Virus record (IMG/VR): IMGVR_UViG_2595698952_000001
Location: 32,001-96,000 of that record
Length of the DNA stretch: 64,000 nucleotides
Direction: 5' to 3' (one strand)
DNA from: a virus
Taxonomy: Duplodnaviria > Caudoviricetes
In this document: in pieces, positions 48,301 through 56,881 of the stretch
How the letters are laid out: each line of letters starts with the position of its first letter
Numbering within the stretch: position 1 is the stretch's first letter
Notes under the pieces: generated by a model
Database searches by the model: none
Told to the model about the DNA's origin: nothing
What the model saw: the letters and a program-made list of their open reading frames with translations, nothing else
Program-made: the position numbers and the translations under genes

Positions 48301-49075
48301 CGATGTTCTGGAAAGGACTACCCCATGAAGCCAGAATCAACTGCTCCCAGGTCTTCGCGTTGGCGTTGGTGGCATAACCCGGCATGGTGTACGTGGTATC
48401 GTACTGGAAATTCTTCAGCAGATAATCGTTAGACGAATGGTACACCTGGATACCGCCAGCACTCTTGGCTTTATATCCCCCCTGCTGATCGTAATCAACC
48501 AACGACCGACCATTACTCATGAAGATGTCAGGGAACACCGGGGCATAGATGTTATTCAGATACGGGTCTGGAATCGGTGGTGGGGTACCAATCTTTTTAC
48601 CGATGGCCGTAATCGCTTCCATTAATTCCAGTTCACCCCGCCAGTTCTCACGATCGAACTGAATATCCACCGGTGGGAAGTAAACGTCACCAATAACCTC
48701 TTCCCACTGGCACTGACTTGGGAACTTGCCCGCATTCGCGGTACGCTCCGCGGTAATCTGTGCCTGGGTGGCAATGCCGTTACCGACTGCGTGGTAATCG
48801 ACTGTGAAGTCTTTGTAATACTTAGGGTTTGTTACCCAAATCATCCCGTGAGACACGTAGCCTGTGCGCAACATAGCCATCATGTACGGGTGAGTGATAA
48901 CGTAATCATCGCCTAAGGTTAAAACTTTGCCGCCGCTCTTGACCACCAGGGATGTGGTGTAAAAAGGGGCGTACGCGGGAACGAGCATCTTGTACGTCGT
49001 ACCAATCAGCGTCACCGCTTCACCGGTCTGCATGTTCCCCGGTTCTTTGAAGTGTGGGTCTAAGACGACAGCCAT
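45365..49075 (-). CDS. large tail fibre / virion protein (1236 aa)
   Basis: APFY...LGDDY, H...DNPH, LDKVVNTADVDLP, HTH, ATATQFGLI motifs. Confidence 0.8.
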   Translation of the reverse strand: MAVVLDPHFKEPGNMQTGEAVTLIGTTYKMLVPAYAPFYTTSLVVKSGGKVLTLGDDYVITHPYMMAMLRTGYVSHGMIWVTNPKYYKDFTVDYHAVGNGIATQAQITAERTANAGKFPSQCQWEEVIGDVYFPPVDIQFDRENWRGELELMEAITAIGKKIGTPPPIPDPYLNNIYAPVFPDIFMSNGRSLVDYDQQGGYKAKSAGGIQVYHSSNDYLLKNFQYDTTYTMPGYATNANAKTWEQLILASWGSPFQNIGLAWDSTTLVMALNVSIGNTTYPVASFAAPKSFMAGKFRVQWDRNYDLDTVHCIVTDANGAKKMDFLLDLRNPPANLVAPMAANNTLAVLHRGTDVRTVFTVVKGDSWRHAVFPGMTVPDGSDVLTLLKEYHAIVRKLYDDAPAHAHVPRKDNPHNDSWGAIRALELNGIASDATLVYGRTQTQLADYINNLLPKLSNLANKLLRNSANPQAINGTFGTKPGLTSVTSVTGATETGGVGAQFTVDPKVIRFLGRDSQTVNAGNNPITFQSGANQLILYPDSRGLLWNGKKLLDPTTVGPYLPGVTGGGNDGLFYGTNTATVTINGNGIQSVPFICTFVPPTSTDVNILAMRSLANDFGTAEDLAATPALIAKLDAMFTGKLEKVKAYINDLPLTSSVFIDKLTFNLDKVVNTADVDLPVSTLQSAEMAKYAVVGHTHAAAVFGVKAATATQFGLIQYGLAVDNATLALDGSVVIDQTTRIGTLEATAKGVDSAASVNILRFGVPGSNIIQNGATVTGWMVTLAEENYFVGQLYKAPLTTVNLTEAFPDAYEDTTFGIFVDIADGAAKYYILANPDTAETDTMTKVGTIDTSEDGIEIAEIHNVTRLGDYRELEEHKANDNAHIRRTMSMADFGYTLGYGKGGPCWSSGVPNASRGEADWRMGLVDQYWPMSGMLYDSQTSRWEFDPAGVTMNDYRFIHHTFPLYRNAGITHSWALADQSYNTLLESIVAGWHDKDNFFNRVSILMSRGTRIADSNGLFCYAGLGINFGAGRNVVIGFTPMRVASPAPAWTELSPSLTFSNSRAIDGTLTITCVLTMASLVYDIVLTLGEAVKTVKCTARAAGTTQTIDLSNRIRPDYLDISALWKESTTPVYQGLGGLFNASTRATVTHPTDTTYTRFFNATFLDYLANFSVLNRARFLEFNYVGGDSTLETLAMTIADAERTLVQNVNVLPIPTQVNEERVIAYCQNNLARAAIFRD

Positions 49076-49105
49076 GTTCTACTCCTATAATCGAGGGCGT
49101 CGAGT

Positions 49106-49116
49106 TCATACTATGA
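49106..49116. promoter_or_regulatory. possible back-to-back late promoters (TATG on both strands)
   Basis: TCATACTATGA near-palindrome in the 66-bp gap between divergent genes; TATG is the phiKZ late-promoter motif. Confidence 0.4.
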
Positions 49117-49141
49117 CCTGAACCCTTGGAGGAATAAGCCT

Positions 49142-50404
49142 GTGACTACTGCTTATCAAGTGCGGGCCGACAGCGCTTTTGGCTTCTCTCGAGACACCCG
49201 TACCTGGGTAGCCATTGACGTCACGCAGCCCTTAAATACCTTGTGCACGAACTACCAGTTTTTCGAAGTTGGGGTATCCGCACTCGAGAAAGATTACACC
49301 TTCTTTAGCCAGTACCATCTGGCTGACCTGCAAAACCGTACCGACACCTTGCAGGACTGGTTGAACAGCAAAGCCGGTACTGTTATCACCACCCTGAAAG
49401 CAGGCTTACCGGTGCTGGAGTTTGTCGAAGCTCATTACCAGTCGATTAATGCGGACATCGGCGTAGAGACCCATCTGTGTCCACCGGGTTATCACTATAC
49501 CCAGGACTTCGCCTTAGAAGATGCGCATGATGTGGTGATTGTGGCTGACGACCAGTGGAAAGACAAATACCGTAATGCGGTGTTGTACAACATCAACGGT
49601 CAATGGGTACCGCACCAGAACGATGCCGTGGGCGTGCGTTTAAACGGCGCAGGTAACATCGTAAGACGTGCAGGCACACCGGACATAGGTTGCCTTGTCA
49701 TGGACGGGATTGGGGCAGTCAAGACCTATCCTATCGCCAATCTGACGATGAACAAGCTCGACACCACCCGCGACTACTATTCTACGTTAATGTTATCCTT
49801 GCCGGACTCGATTACCGGCAAGACCGTGGGGTTTGTCCTGGGGGGTATTCTGCACTGGTTACCTCCGCAGGGTTATTTCAGTGACAAAGCGATTATGCTG
49901 TCACTTCCGAACTTTGACGTGGCGCAGACCGTGCTGGAAACCCGGAAGTATTACGACTGGGATGCTATTGGTGTCGGGGATTTAGCCTCACCCACCAACG
50001 TACAGCGTATCCGTAACCCAGAAACCCTGAAAGCGTTACTGACCCACGAATCCTCGTTTGTGTTTACCATCGACAACCCGTATCTCGAACGGGAAAAGGT
50101 GGGAGTAAGCCACAATGCAGTCTGGGGACGGTTCTACCTGAAAGACCCAGCCGATCCTGACGGGAAGAAGCCTTTAGGTTTCTTGCAAAACCGGTTCGGT
50201 AAGACGGTGGCCTATTGGCCGACGTGGGAAGAAGGGGAATGGGTGTTCAATACCACCGAGTATGACCGCGCTAATTATGTGTTCGTCAATGCTCGCTGGC
50301 AGAACCAGAACAAAATCAACGACGCGCAAGCTATCGTCGGGCCACAAGGTGCCTGGGTAAAAGTGTACGTTGAGATGCATCGCTTCAAAGCACGAAAAAA
50401 ATAA
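49142..50404 (+). CDS. hypothetical protein, probably virion-associated
   Basis: GGAGG RBS, GTG start, 420 aa, divergent from the fibre block. Confidence 0.7.
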   Translation: MTTAYQVRADSAFGFSRDTRTWVAIDVTQPLNTLCTNYQFFEVGVSALEKDYTFFSQYHLADLQNRTDTLQDWLNSKAGTVITTLKAGLPVLEFVEAHYQSINADIGVETHLCPPGYHYTQDFALEDAHDVVIVADDQWKDKYRNAVLYNINGQWVPHQNDAVGVRLNGAGNIVRRAGTPDIGCLVMDGIGAVKTYPIANLTMNKLDTTRDYYSTLMLSLPDSITGKTVGFVLGGILHWLPPQGYFSDKAIMLSLPNFDVAQTVLETRKYYDWDAIGVGDLASPTNVQRIRNPETLKALLTHESSFVFTIDNPYLEREKVGVSHNAVWGRFYLKDPADPDGKKPLGFLQNRFGKTVAYWPTWEEGEWVFNTTEYDRANYVFVNARWQNQNKINDAQAIVGPQGAWVKVYVEMHRFKARKK

Positions 50405-50410
50405 GGATAC

Positions 50411-50452
50411 TCCTACTCCCGTTTCGGGGAGTAGGAGACCTGCTTTTTTTTT
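50411..50452 (+). terminator. intrinsic terminator
   Basis: TCCTACTCCC...GGGAGTAGGA plus T9. Confidence 0.8.
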
Positions 50453-50455
50453 CGC

Positions 50456-50671
50456 TTACTCTGCTTTGTAAACGATGGCGCTGCCGTGCTGCTGGTTGTT
50501 ACCAGAAATACCGATCACTTTGAACGCGTCGCCGCCAGCTTTCTCAGCTTCGACAGCCAGCTTTGCAGTTACGTCGTCAACAGTGCTACCGGTTGCAGTC
50601 ACATTACCGATTTTCTTGTAGTTCGCAGGAACGTCTTCGTTGCTTGCAATTTCTTTGATGCTCATTTCCAT
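50456..50671 (-). CDS. DUF1471 (YdgH/BhsA/McbA-like) domain protein without signal peptide
   Basis: KIGNVTATGST.DD....LA..A.KAG...F.VI..SGNN..HGSAIVYK; GGAG RBS just before the start. Confidence 0.8.
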   Translation of the reverse strand: MEMSIKEIASNEDVPANYKKIGNVTATGSTVDDVTAKLAVEAEKAGGDAFKVIGISGNNQQHGSAIVYKAE

Positions 50672-50747
50672 ATCTCCATAGCAGTGGGAGTAGAAAGACC
50701 CTATGTCTTAATACCGTACATCTGTGCATACTAACGGGCACAAACTG

Positions 50748-50787
50748 TAAAAAAGAATACCCTCCTACCCGAAGGTAAGAGGGTTCT
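50748..50787 (-). terminator. intrinsic terminator after the spike gene
   Basis: Minus strand ACCCTCTTACC-ttcg-GGTAGGAGGGT followed by ATTCTTTTTT. Confidence 0.75.
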
Positions 50788-50898
50788 TCGCAACATCTTT
50801 TTTTGCTGAAAAAAGTGGCAACGCTTAACAAACGAGGGTTTGACCTCGAGAGTGAGGCATTAGGGGGTATGTTGCTATACTCATGGTGCTTGCCGTAA

Positions 50899-51825
50899 TT
50901 AATGCGGGGCGGATACGTCTTTACCGTCACCTTGTTCGGTGTGCGTGTGCACGGTGAACGTGATACCGTTAATGATTGCATCACTGACCGTGAACTTGCC
51001 AATACCGGTACCCTCGCCTTCGTACCTGAAGTCTTTGAGCACTTTAAGGTTGCCGGTGAACTCACCTTCCGCCCCGTCCATTTTCCACTTCGGTGTTTTA
51101 AAGGTAACGGATTCCGCAGCGTCGGTAATACGGACTTTACACTTCTCATTAATCGTCTGCGTTTCCAGATTGATGGAGCGCTTCGAGAACAAGAAGATGT
51201 CTTCTTTATTGATGTTGATTTTAGACAGCATCGGGTTCTCAAACCCAAGGTCATCTTCCACCGAGTTCATGTAGAACTTGTTACCCTTCTGGTCAACGCA
51301 CTGCCATGTCCCGTTGGCGTTGTCGAACTGGAACAAGAACGCAGCTTTCTCGCCGTTCAACATAGTGGTACGTAAAGTGATGTGTTTGTCGATACTCGAG
51401 ACGTTTAACACGTACGCATTCGACAGGTCATCCGCCATCTGGTTCTCAGGGTCAGCTGACCACGCATACACTGCATCTTCCAGACGCTTCACGTTGGCAA
51501 AGTTCAAATCAATCCAGAAGTAAATGTCGGTCTTCCCTAAACGGAGAATCAACACGTAATCTTCTTTCTTTACATCGGGGGGATTCACCCGGTTCGAGTT
51601 GAACTTCCACCACTTCGCGGTAATCGCGTTACCGGTCGTGACTTCTAAGTTGTCCATCGCGTTTTCGGATGCGTGCTGCTTTTCGTTCGGGGACTCAATC
51701 GATTGTACTTGAGTCGGGTTTACAAAATTGGTTTCGATAGGAATTATCTTGCATCGTTCGTTACCGCGGGGTTTATCTTCTGCCACGATACCGATCGAGA
51801 AGAAATCCACACTGGACTTTTCCAT
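50899..51825 (-). CDS. baseplate central spike (gpV/gp5-like tail tip)
   Basis: OB-fold-like N-terminus (GIVAEDK...PDVK...V.I), beta-rich middle, C-terminal HTHTE metal-binding HxH apex motif. Confidence 0.75.
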   Translation of the reverse strand: MEKSSVDFFSIGIVAEDKPRGNERCKIIPIETNFVNPTQVQSIESPNEKQHASENAMDNLEVTTGNAITAKWWKFNSNRVNPPDVKKEDYVLILRLGKTDIYFWIDLNFANVKRLEDAVYAWSADPENQMADDLSNAYVLNVSSIDKHITLRTTMLNGEKAAFLFQFDNANGTWQCVDQKGNKFYMNSVEDDLGFENPMLSKININKEDIFLFSKRSINLETQTINEKCKVRITDAAESVTFKTPKWKMDGAEGEFTGNLKVLKDFRYEGEGTGIGKFTVSDAIINGITFTVHTHTEQGDGKDVSAPH

Positions 51826-52002
51826 ACAGCACTCCTCTTCGTCATACTATCTTCTTTTTTACGTTTTGGTTTATTCATCTGCTAGGGAGGTGTGCCTGGG
51901 GGACCGGGGGCGATCTATTAGCGGAGGTGACAACGGTCACCGACATCCTTATTCCAAGGAACGCAGTGACATCCTTATTCGTCTTTTAACAGGAAGAGAA
52001 CC

Positions 52003-52320
52003 ATGTCGTTATTTGCAGTTGTGACTGAACACTTAAAACGTCAGGAAAACGAAGCCGCCCTTACCGCTATTAAAACTGCGTCCGGGGGAAAGCTCAACGG
52101 GGTGTTAGATAACCGCCGCCGGATACGAGCCTATATGGTCGGGGAAGATGACACCTTCTATTCTGACCTCAGTAACCGGGTGGTAAGCTGTGCGGTGCTG
52201 GTCATTCCAGACGGTACCTTTGACCAGTTCGAAAACGGCAAGCAATACGGTGAGTTGATGAACAATTACTCGACGCTGAACCTGCGTATTGATGACGCGA
52301 TTATCATCGTGGCTTGCTGA
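52003..52320 (+). CDS. hypothetical protein
   Basis: AGGA RBS, 105 aa. Confidence 0.7.
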   Translation: MSLFAVVTEHLKRQENEAALTAIKTASGGKLNGVLDNRRRIRAYMVGEDDTFYSDLSNRVVSCAVLVIPDGTFDQFENGKQYGELMNNYSTLNLRIDDAIIIVAC

Positions 52321-52331
52321 TTACAATTATT

Positions 52332-52356
52332 CACAGATATATATCATCCTAGTGAG
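52332..52356 (+). promoter_or_regulatory. early-type promoter (variant copy)
   Basis: CACAGATATATATCATCCTAGTGAG aligns with the 6273/55445 motif. Confidence 0.6.
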
Positions 52357-52438
52357 TGATGTTCCTTATCGCTTAAATACCGACTGTGCTTTAGTCACAG
52401 CTTTTCGGTCAATTAGTGTTATTTACAGGAAACAAAAA

Positions 52439-53110
52439 ATGAAACGTGAACAAATGATTGAAATGGCAGCAAAAGGTTTGATGATTCTGTTACGGGATAC
52501 GCTGGAAGCGGAGAAGCGTACCCCAGAATTGATGCAGCCTTTGCTGGAAGATGCGGTTGACGCGTTCCTGCAACCGAACATGGATATCCGGGTACGGACG
52601 AACTGGGTACCTACCGAGATTTCCCCGGTGATGATTGGGCAGGATGGTTGGATTGCACCGACGGATGAAATGCTCCGTATTCCGCCGGTCTCAATAATCA
52701 TGATTCGTCTGCAAGAGCTGGCGAACGTTAACGTAGTGCGCGTCGGCATTAATGCGTGGACAAAGCCCGAGAGCATTGGCCATGGCCCGCAAGCCGCGTT
52801 CGTTATCTGGGTACAGGCCGGTGATGGCCCGGTGCACTCACTGCACATTCGTACCGAGACTTTCCCGCGCGGTCTTCCAAGTCACACCAAACAATACATT
52901 CCGGATGTCGACAGCCGTTCTATCAACGAACCCTGCTACCTGATGTCCGCGAAAGACGTGCGCAACATCTTCGGTGGTCACTACCCAGAATACTGGGAGT
53001 TCGAAAAGCTCAAGAAGCTGGCCGAAGGGTTGGGTTGGTACGAAGTGGAACAGCACGGTAACCAAATCCTGTTCCGCGCCAAACTCGCTATCCGTCGGGA
53101 GGAAGCGTAA
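52439..53110 (+). CDS. early hypothetical protein (start MKREQ)
   Basis: AGGA RBS before ATG 52439, downstream of the promoter motif. Confidence 0.75.
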   Translation: MKREQMIEMAAKGLMILLRDTLEAEKRTPELMQPLLEDAVDAFLQPNMDIRVRTNWVPTEISPVMIGQDGWIAPTDEMLRIPPVSIIMIRLQELANVNVVRVGINAWTKPESIGHGPQAAFVIWVQAGDGPVHSLHIRTETFPRGLPSHTKQYIPDVDSRSINEPCYLMSAKDVRNIFGGHYPEYWEFEKLKKLAEGLGWYEVEQHGNQILFRAKLAIRREEA

Positions 53111-53691
53111 TGGCTAAGGTTACCATTGAACAGCGCGAGATGAATTTCGACGAGCTGAAAGAACGTTACAGTGTGAAAGCCCCACGGGTCGTTGAAAGCT
53201 GCGAGAAGTATGCCGAGGCTGAACTAGTGGTCTTCCAGCAGGATAAGCTGCCTCTGATGGTGTTCGTGAAAACGTTCATCACCGAAGGCACGATGAAGCT
53301 CTGCTGTTTGACCAATGTGATTTCTAGTACGCTTGAAGTGGACGTGACGTTGATGCGCCGTTACAAAGACGCCTACATGAAGAAGGTCAATCTCGTGACC
53401 TTTGACTTCCCGCGTTCGATTATGGTGAACGGGTGCCGTCCTGCGATTCTGCGTTTCTCCCATCTGGAAGAAGATGAGCAGCCGGTGGAGAAATTCCAGC
53501 CGTACTCCATTACGCAGGAAACGTACCAACAGCGTGGCGGGTTAGATTGGCTGGACACGGTTGCTCCCAATATCTCCCGTGGGCAGGAAGTGCATCTTAT
53601 CTGCTATAACCCGGCGATTGAGCACACCATCTCCCGTCATCTGGTTGAGCAACACGGCTTCCAGCAACACCGTGCTATTTACATTCCGTAG
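53110..53691 (+). CDS. hypothetical protein
   Basis: TAATG coupling, GGAGG RBS, 193 aa. Confidence 0.75.
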   Translation: MAKVTIEQREMNFDELKERYSVKAPRVVESCEKYAEAELVVFQQDKLPLMVFVKTFITEGTMKLCCLTNVISSTLEVDVTLMRRYKDAYMKKVNLVTFDFPRSIMVNGCRPAILRFSHLEEDEQPVEKFQPYSITQETYQQRGGLDWLDTVAPNISRGQEVHLICYNPAIEHTISRHLVEQHGFQQHRAIYIP

Positions 53692-53699
53692 GAGCTGCT

Positions 53700-54260
53700 A
53701 TGCGTGTTGTTGAAATTCGTAAAGATGTCTGGATGGAGTCGATTGCTGAAAGCGGTGGTTGGGAAGGGATTGAAGCAGACCTGCCTGAAACCAATGACGC
53801 CCCGTTGGTGCTATTGGTACAGGCGAAAGGCGAGCGTTTAATCCGCGGTATCTTCCACCGGGTAAATCTGGTTAACCCGCTGCTACGCGCCACCGCAGTG
53901 GGGTTATCTGAAATTGACCCAGATTGGTTTAAAGACTACATCAAACGCAAATCACCGAACAACGTGATTAACATTGAGCTGTGCGATGAAACCCGCATGG
54001 CGAGATTACAACCAACTGCGTTGTGTATTTACGATCCTAATCTGGAACAGGATACCCCGTCTGATATCAATCTCAAACTGGGTACCATTCTGGAGAGTAA
54101 CATTGTTCGTTTGGTCACGGACACGTTAGAGCATCTACAACCCCCGATGCTGATTATCCGTAATCCGAACGGGCTGGCGTTAGACCACCTGATGAATTAC
54201 CTCGAACACAACACGACCTATCTGGTTAACTCCAGAACTTACACCCTTAAAGGAGAATGA
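53700..54260 (+). CDS. hypothetical protein
   Basis: AGGAG RBS, 186 aa. Confidence 0.75.
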   Translation: MRVVEIRKDVWMESIAESGGWEGIEADLPETNDAPLVLLVQAKGERLIRGIFHRVNLVNPLLRATAVGLSEIDPDWFKDYIKRKSPNNVINIELCDETRMARLQPTALCIYDPNLEQDTPSDINLKLGTILESNIVRLVTDTLEHLQPPMLIIRNPNGLALDHLMNYLEHNTTYLVNSRTYTLKGE

Positions 54261-54793
54261 AAATGCAATACGAAGGCTACGTTGTAACCCAGCAACCGTT
54301 TGTTGACACTAACCTGATGCGTTCTCAGGTCGTCTACGCTGATAAAGGTGCAGCGGTAGAAATCGCCCGCAGCCGACCTACTGGTCAACATATTAGCAAG
54401 GTGTCTATCGACATCACCAACCCGTTCATCACCGACAAGACCGACCCGTTCGTGGACATTGGCAAAATCAAACCATACGTCTCGCGTGAGCAGTTCCAAC
54501 AAATCGCGCAGGGTAATCCGGTCGAGCTGACCGAAACCAACGAATGGGAACGGATTCAGGAACGTCATCCGGGCTTAGGTCTGATGGAAGTGTTCCACGA
54601 ATTCCCGGACGAGTTCGATAAGCTGCCGATGTGGGCTGAGCAGCTTTATAACAGCACCACTGTTCACGATATGTTAGTCATGAACAATTTCGACGGGGCA
54701 ATCCATGCCGTTCATGGGCCGTATCCGGGTGCCGTTGCCTACCACACTTTCCACCCCGCACGCATTACCTTCATTAAAAAGGTAAGCCTGTAA
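54257..54793 (+). CDS. hypothetical protein, possible ADP-ribosyltransferase-like fold
   Basis: ATGA overlap; KVSIDITNPF...FDGAIH...YHTFHPARI resembles ART-PolyVal motifs. Confidence 0.55.
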   Translation: MKMQYEGYVVTQQPFVDTNLMRSQVVYADKGAAVEIARSRPTGQHISKVSIDITNPFITDKTDPFVDIGKIKPYVSREQFQQIAQGNPVELTETNEWERIQERHPGLGLMEVFHEFPDEFDKLPMWAEQLYNSTTVHDMLVMNNFDGAIHAVHGPYPGAVAYHTFHPARITFIKKVSL

Positions 54794-54800
54794 GTTGTAC

Positions 54801-54837
54801 GGTAGAGACCTCCGGGTCTCTACCTTTCTCTTTTTTT
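54801..54837 (+). terminator. intrinsic terminator
   Basis: GGTAGAGACC-tccg-GGTCTCTACC plus T tract. Confidence 0.85.
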
Positions 54838-54868
54838 ACACTTAAGCCTAATATTAGTAGGGGCATCG

Positions 54869-55441
54869 ATGTTACAACTCCAATTGCACGAAAACGCCAC
54901 CCAGTTAAAGAACTGGGCCAAAGGTGATCACCTACCGAAAGGTGCGACATTATCCAGCGTGTCTATCCTGTTTAACGATGACACTAATCGGGTATTGACC
55001 CTGAACGACCCCGCGACGAATCTGCCTCTGGGTATCTTTGTTGACGAGTGTCATGGGCTGTTGCACACCATCCGCCCGGTCTTCTGGGACGCCTCCCTGC
55101 AAGGTGAGGTTAAGCTGGACGCATTCAAAGAGTACAGCAAAGACCGCTGCTACTTAGAAGCGTTCCTCTTATTACCGCCGGGACTGGTGAAAGCGGTGTA
55201 CGGAAAAATCCGCTACCGCATCTGGGTACCTGAGAAGGCACCACTGGGTCGGACGCTCACGAATTTCAATCTCTACATCGACGGGATGTGGAAAATGAAA
55301 CTGGATCTGGTCGAAGGGCACCCGGATTTAAATCTGATGCTGATTCGTACCTATGGCTTTGCCGGGACGGAATACAATATGGTCTCGGCACGGTTAAAGC
55401 AACTCGGTTTTAAGCGTACCGCTACAGCATTCGTAATATAA
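54869..55441 (+). CDS. hypothetical protein
   Basis: AGGGG RBS, 190 aa. Confidence 0.75.
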   Translation: MLQLQLHENATQLKNWAKGDHLPKGATLSSVSILFNDDTNRVLTLNDPATNLPLGIFVDECHGLLHTIRPVFWDASLQGEVKLDAFKEYSKDRCYLEAFLLLPPGLVKAVYGKIRYRIWVPEKAPLGRTLTNFNLYIDGMWKMKLDLVEGHPDLNLMLIRTYGFAGTEYNMVSARLKQLGFKRTATAFVI

Positions 55442-55444
55442 ATC

Positions 55445-55471
55445 ATTTCAGATATATATTACTTAGGTGAG
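55445..55471 (+). promoter_or_regulatory. phiKZ-type early promoter (TATATTAC core)
   Basis: Identical 27-mer to 6273-6299. Confidence 0.75.
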
Positions 55472-55573
55472 CATTGAATGTCTCAATGCTTTTATAACCC
55501 GGTAGACTACCTGTATCTAACCCTGTCCCAAATACGTTGGACAGCCAGAGTCAGTCCGCCAAAGGAGAGTATC

Positions 55574-56878
55574 ATGGTTTGGAACGTAGACGTTTTCGTT
55601 AAGTCATTAAACATCCCCGGTTTTCAGGTGTTTGTTGAAAGTATCGACATCCCTAAAGTAGGGGACTTCACCGGGGTAGATTACCGGAAGCGCCAGAAAT
55701 TCATTGACGGTCTGGTCTCTTGGTTACAGTTGAAAAACCTGCACCTGCCGGAAATCGCCTGGGAAGTATCTGACATGCAGTACGGTGTCGTGGTGCGTAC
55801 CCAGGACGAACACCCGGAATTGAAAAAGACCGTGGTCGAGTTTGTGAACGATCAGATTTCCTACATGCTAACCCACGGCACGTTTGCTGAGTTTGCCTAT
55901 GATAAGTATTTCTGGGTGGATGCTGACGTAATGCCTAAGCAGGACACCCCTGACGTGAGCGAGGTGGGTAAAGCGCTTTACGAAGCAGCCCCCAATACCG
56001 TCAGGAAAAAGTTAGAGGAGTCTCCGTTCCCGCACAAACTACTTGAGCGTATCAACGATATGCTTCCTCCGGCAGTTAACGAGCGTGTGGTACGTGACTT
56101 CAATATCATGCTGCCACGCGAACAGGTGCTGCGGTCGTTGAATGGTTATCTGCGGGGACTGACGAAGTATTTCAGTAACGAGGTAGAAAACCTTCGCTAC
56201 AAGTGGCTCGAGTTGAAAGAGTGCCCGGCCACAAGCGTTCAGCACCTGACGCGCATTCCGTGCACCCGTGAAGAAGCGAGTCACATCGTGCTGGGTGTTG
56301 AAATACGCGGCCACAGCTTCGAGCACCTGGTTGCGGTAAGCGATATATTGGCGGCAACGCGTTTCCACCAGATGAACTCGGTGGATTTCGAATACCCGTT
56401 CTGGTTACCGGCACCGCAAGAGTGGGCACAGCCGTTGAAAGAGAGCGCTGGGTTAGATCCGTACTATACCCACGCAATCGACAACATGGATGCGAAAGAG
56501 AAACTGGATTTGGAGTTCCACCGCTTCCAGGAAAACCTGTCGCAGTTAATGGCCACGACACTGTATCGGGCGACTGATAATAAGCTGCCCCAACAAAACG
56601 ATGGGTTCATTCCACTACGTGCCGTTGAAACGTTGCTGGAAGATTTCGAGAAGTGGCTTGGATGGAACTTCTCCAACCTTCTTTATCCGGAGTTGGGCGA
56701 GTGGTCATTAAAGACCCACAAGTCAGACACCACTACGGTGACGGCGGAGATTGTCGACACGGTATCCTTTAAACGGTATATCGTGGCGTTCAACTACGAC
56801 GATTACTTCAAAGGGCATATTGCCGCAGGGCTAGATTGGCACCCTGAAGCGCGCACCTTCTGGCGCTTACCAAGCTAA
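55574..56878 (+). CDS. early hypothetical protein (start MVWNVD)
   Basis: AAGGAG RBS before ATG 55574. Confidence 0.8.
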   Translation: MVWNVDVFVKSLNIPGFQVFVESIDIPKVGDFTGVDYRKRQKFIDGLVSWLQLKNLHLPEIAWEVSDMQYGVVVRTQDEHPELKKTVVEFVNDQISYMLTHGTFAEFAYDKYFWVDADVMPKQDTPDVSEVGKALYEAAPNTVRKKLEESPFPHKLLERINDMLPPAVNERVVRDFNIMLPREQVLRSLNGYLRGLTKYFSNEVENLRYKWLELKECPATSVQHLTRIPCTREEASHIVLGVEIRGHSFEHLVAVSDILAATRFHQMNSVDFEYPFWLPAPQEWAQPLKESAGLDPYYTHAIDNMDAKEKLDLEFHRFQENLSQLMATTLYRATDNKLPQQNDGFIPLRAVETLLEDFEKWLGWNFSNLLYPELGEWSLKTHKSDTTTVTAEIVDTVSFKRYIVAFNYDDYFKGHIAAGLDWHPEARTFWRLPS

Positions 56879-56881
56879 TTG

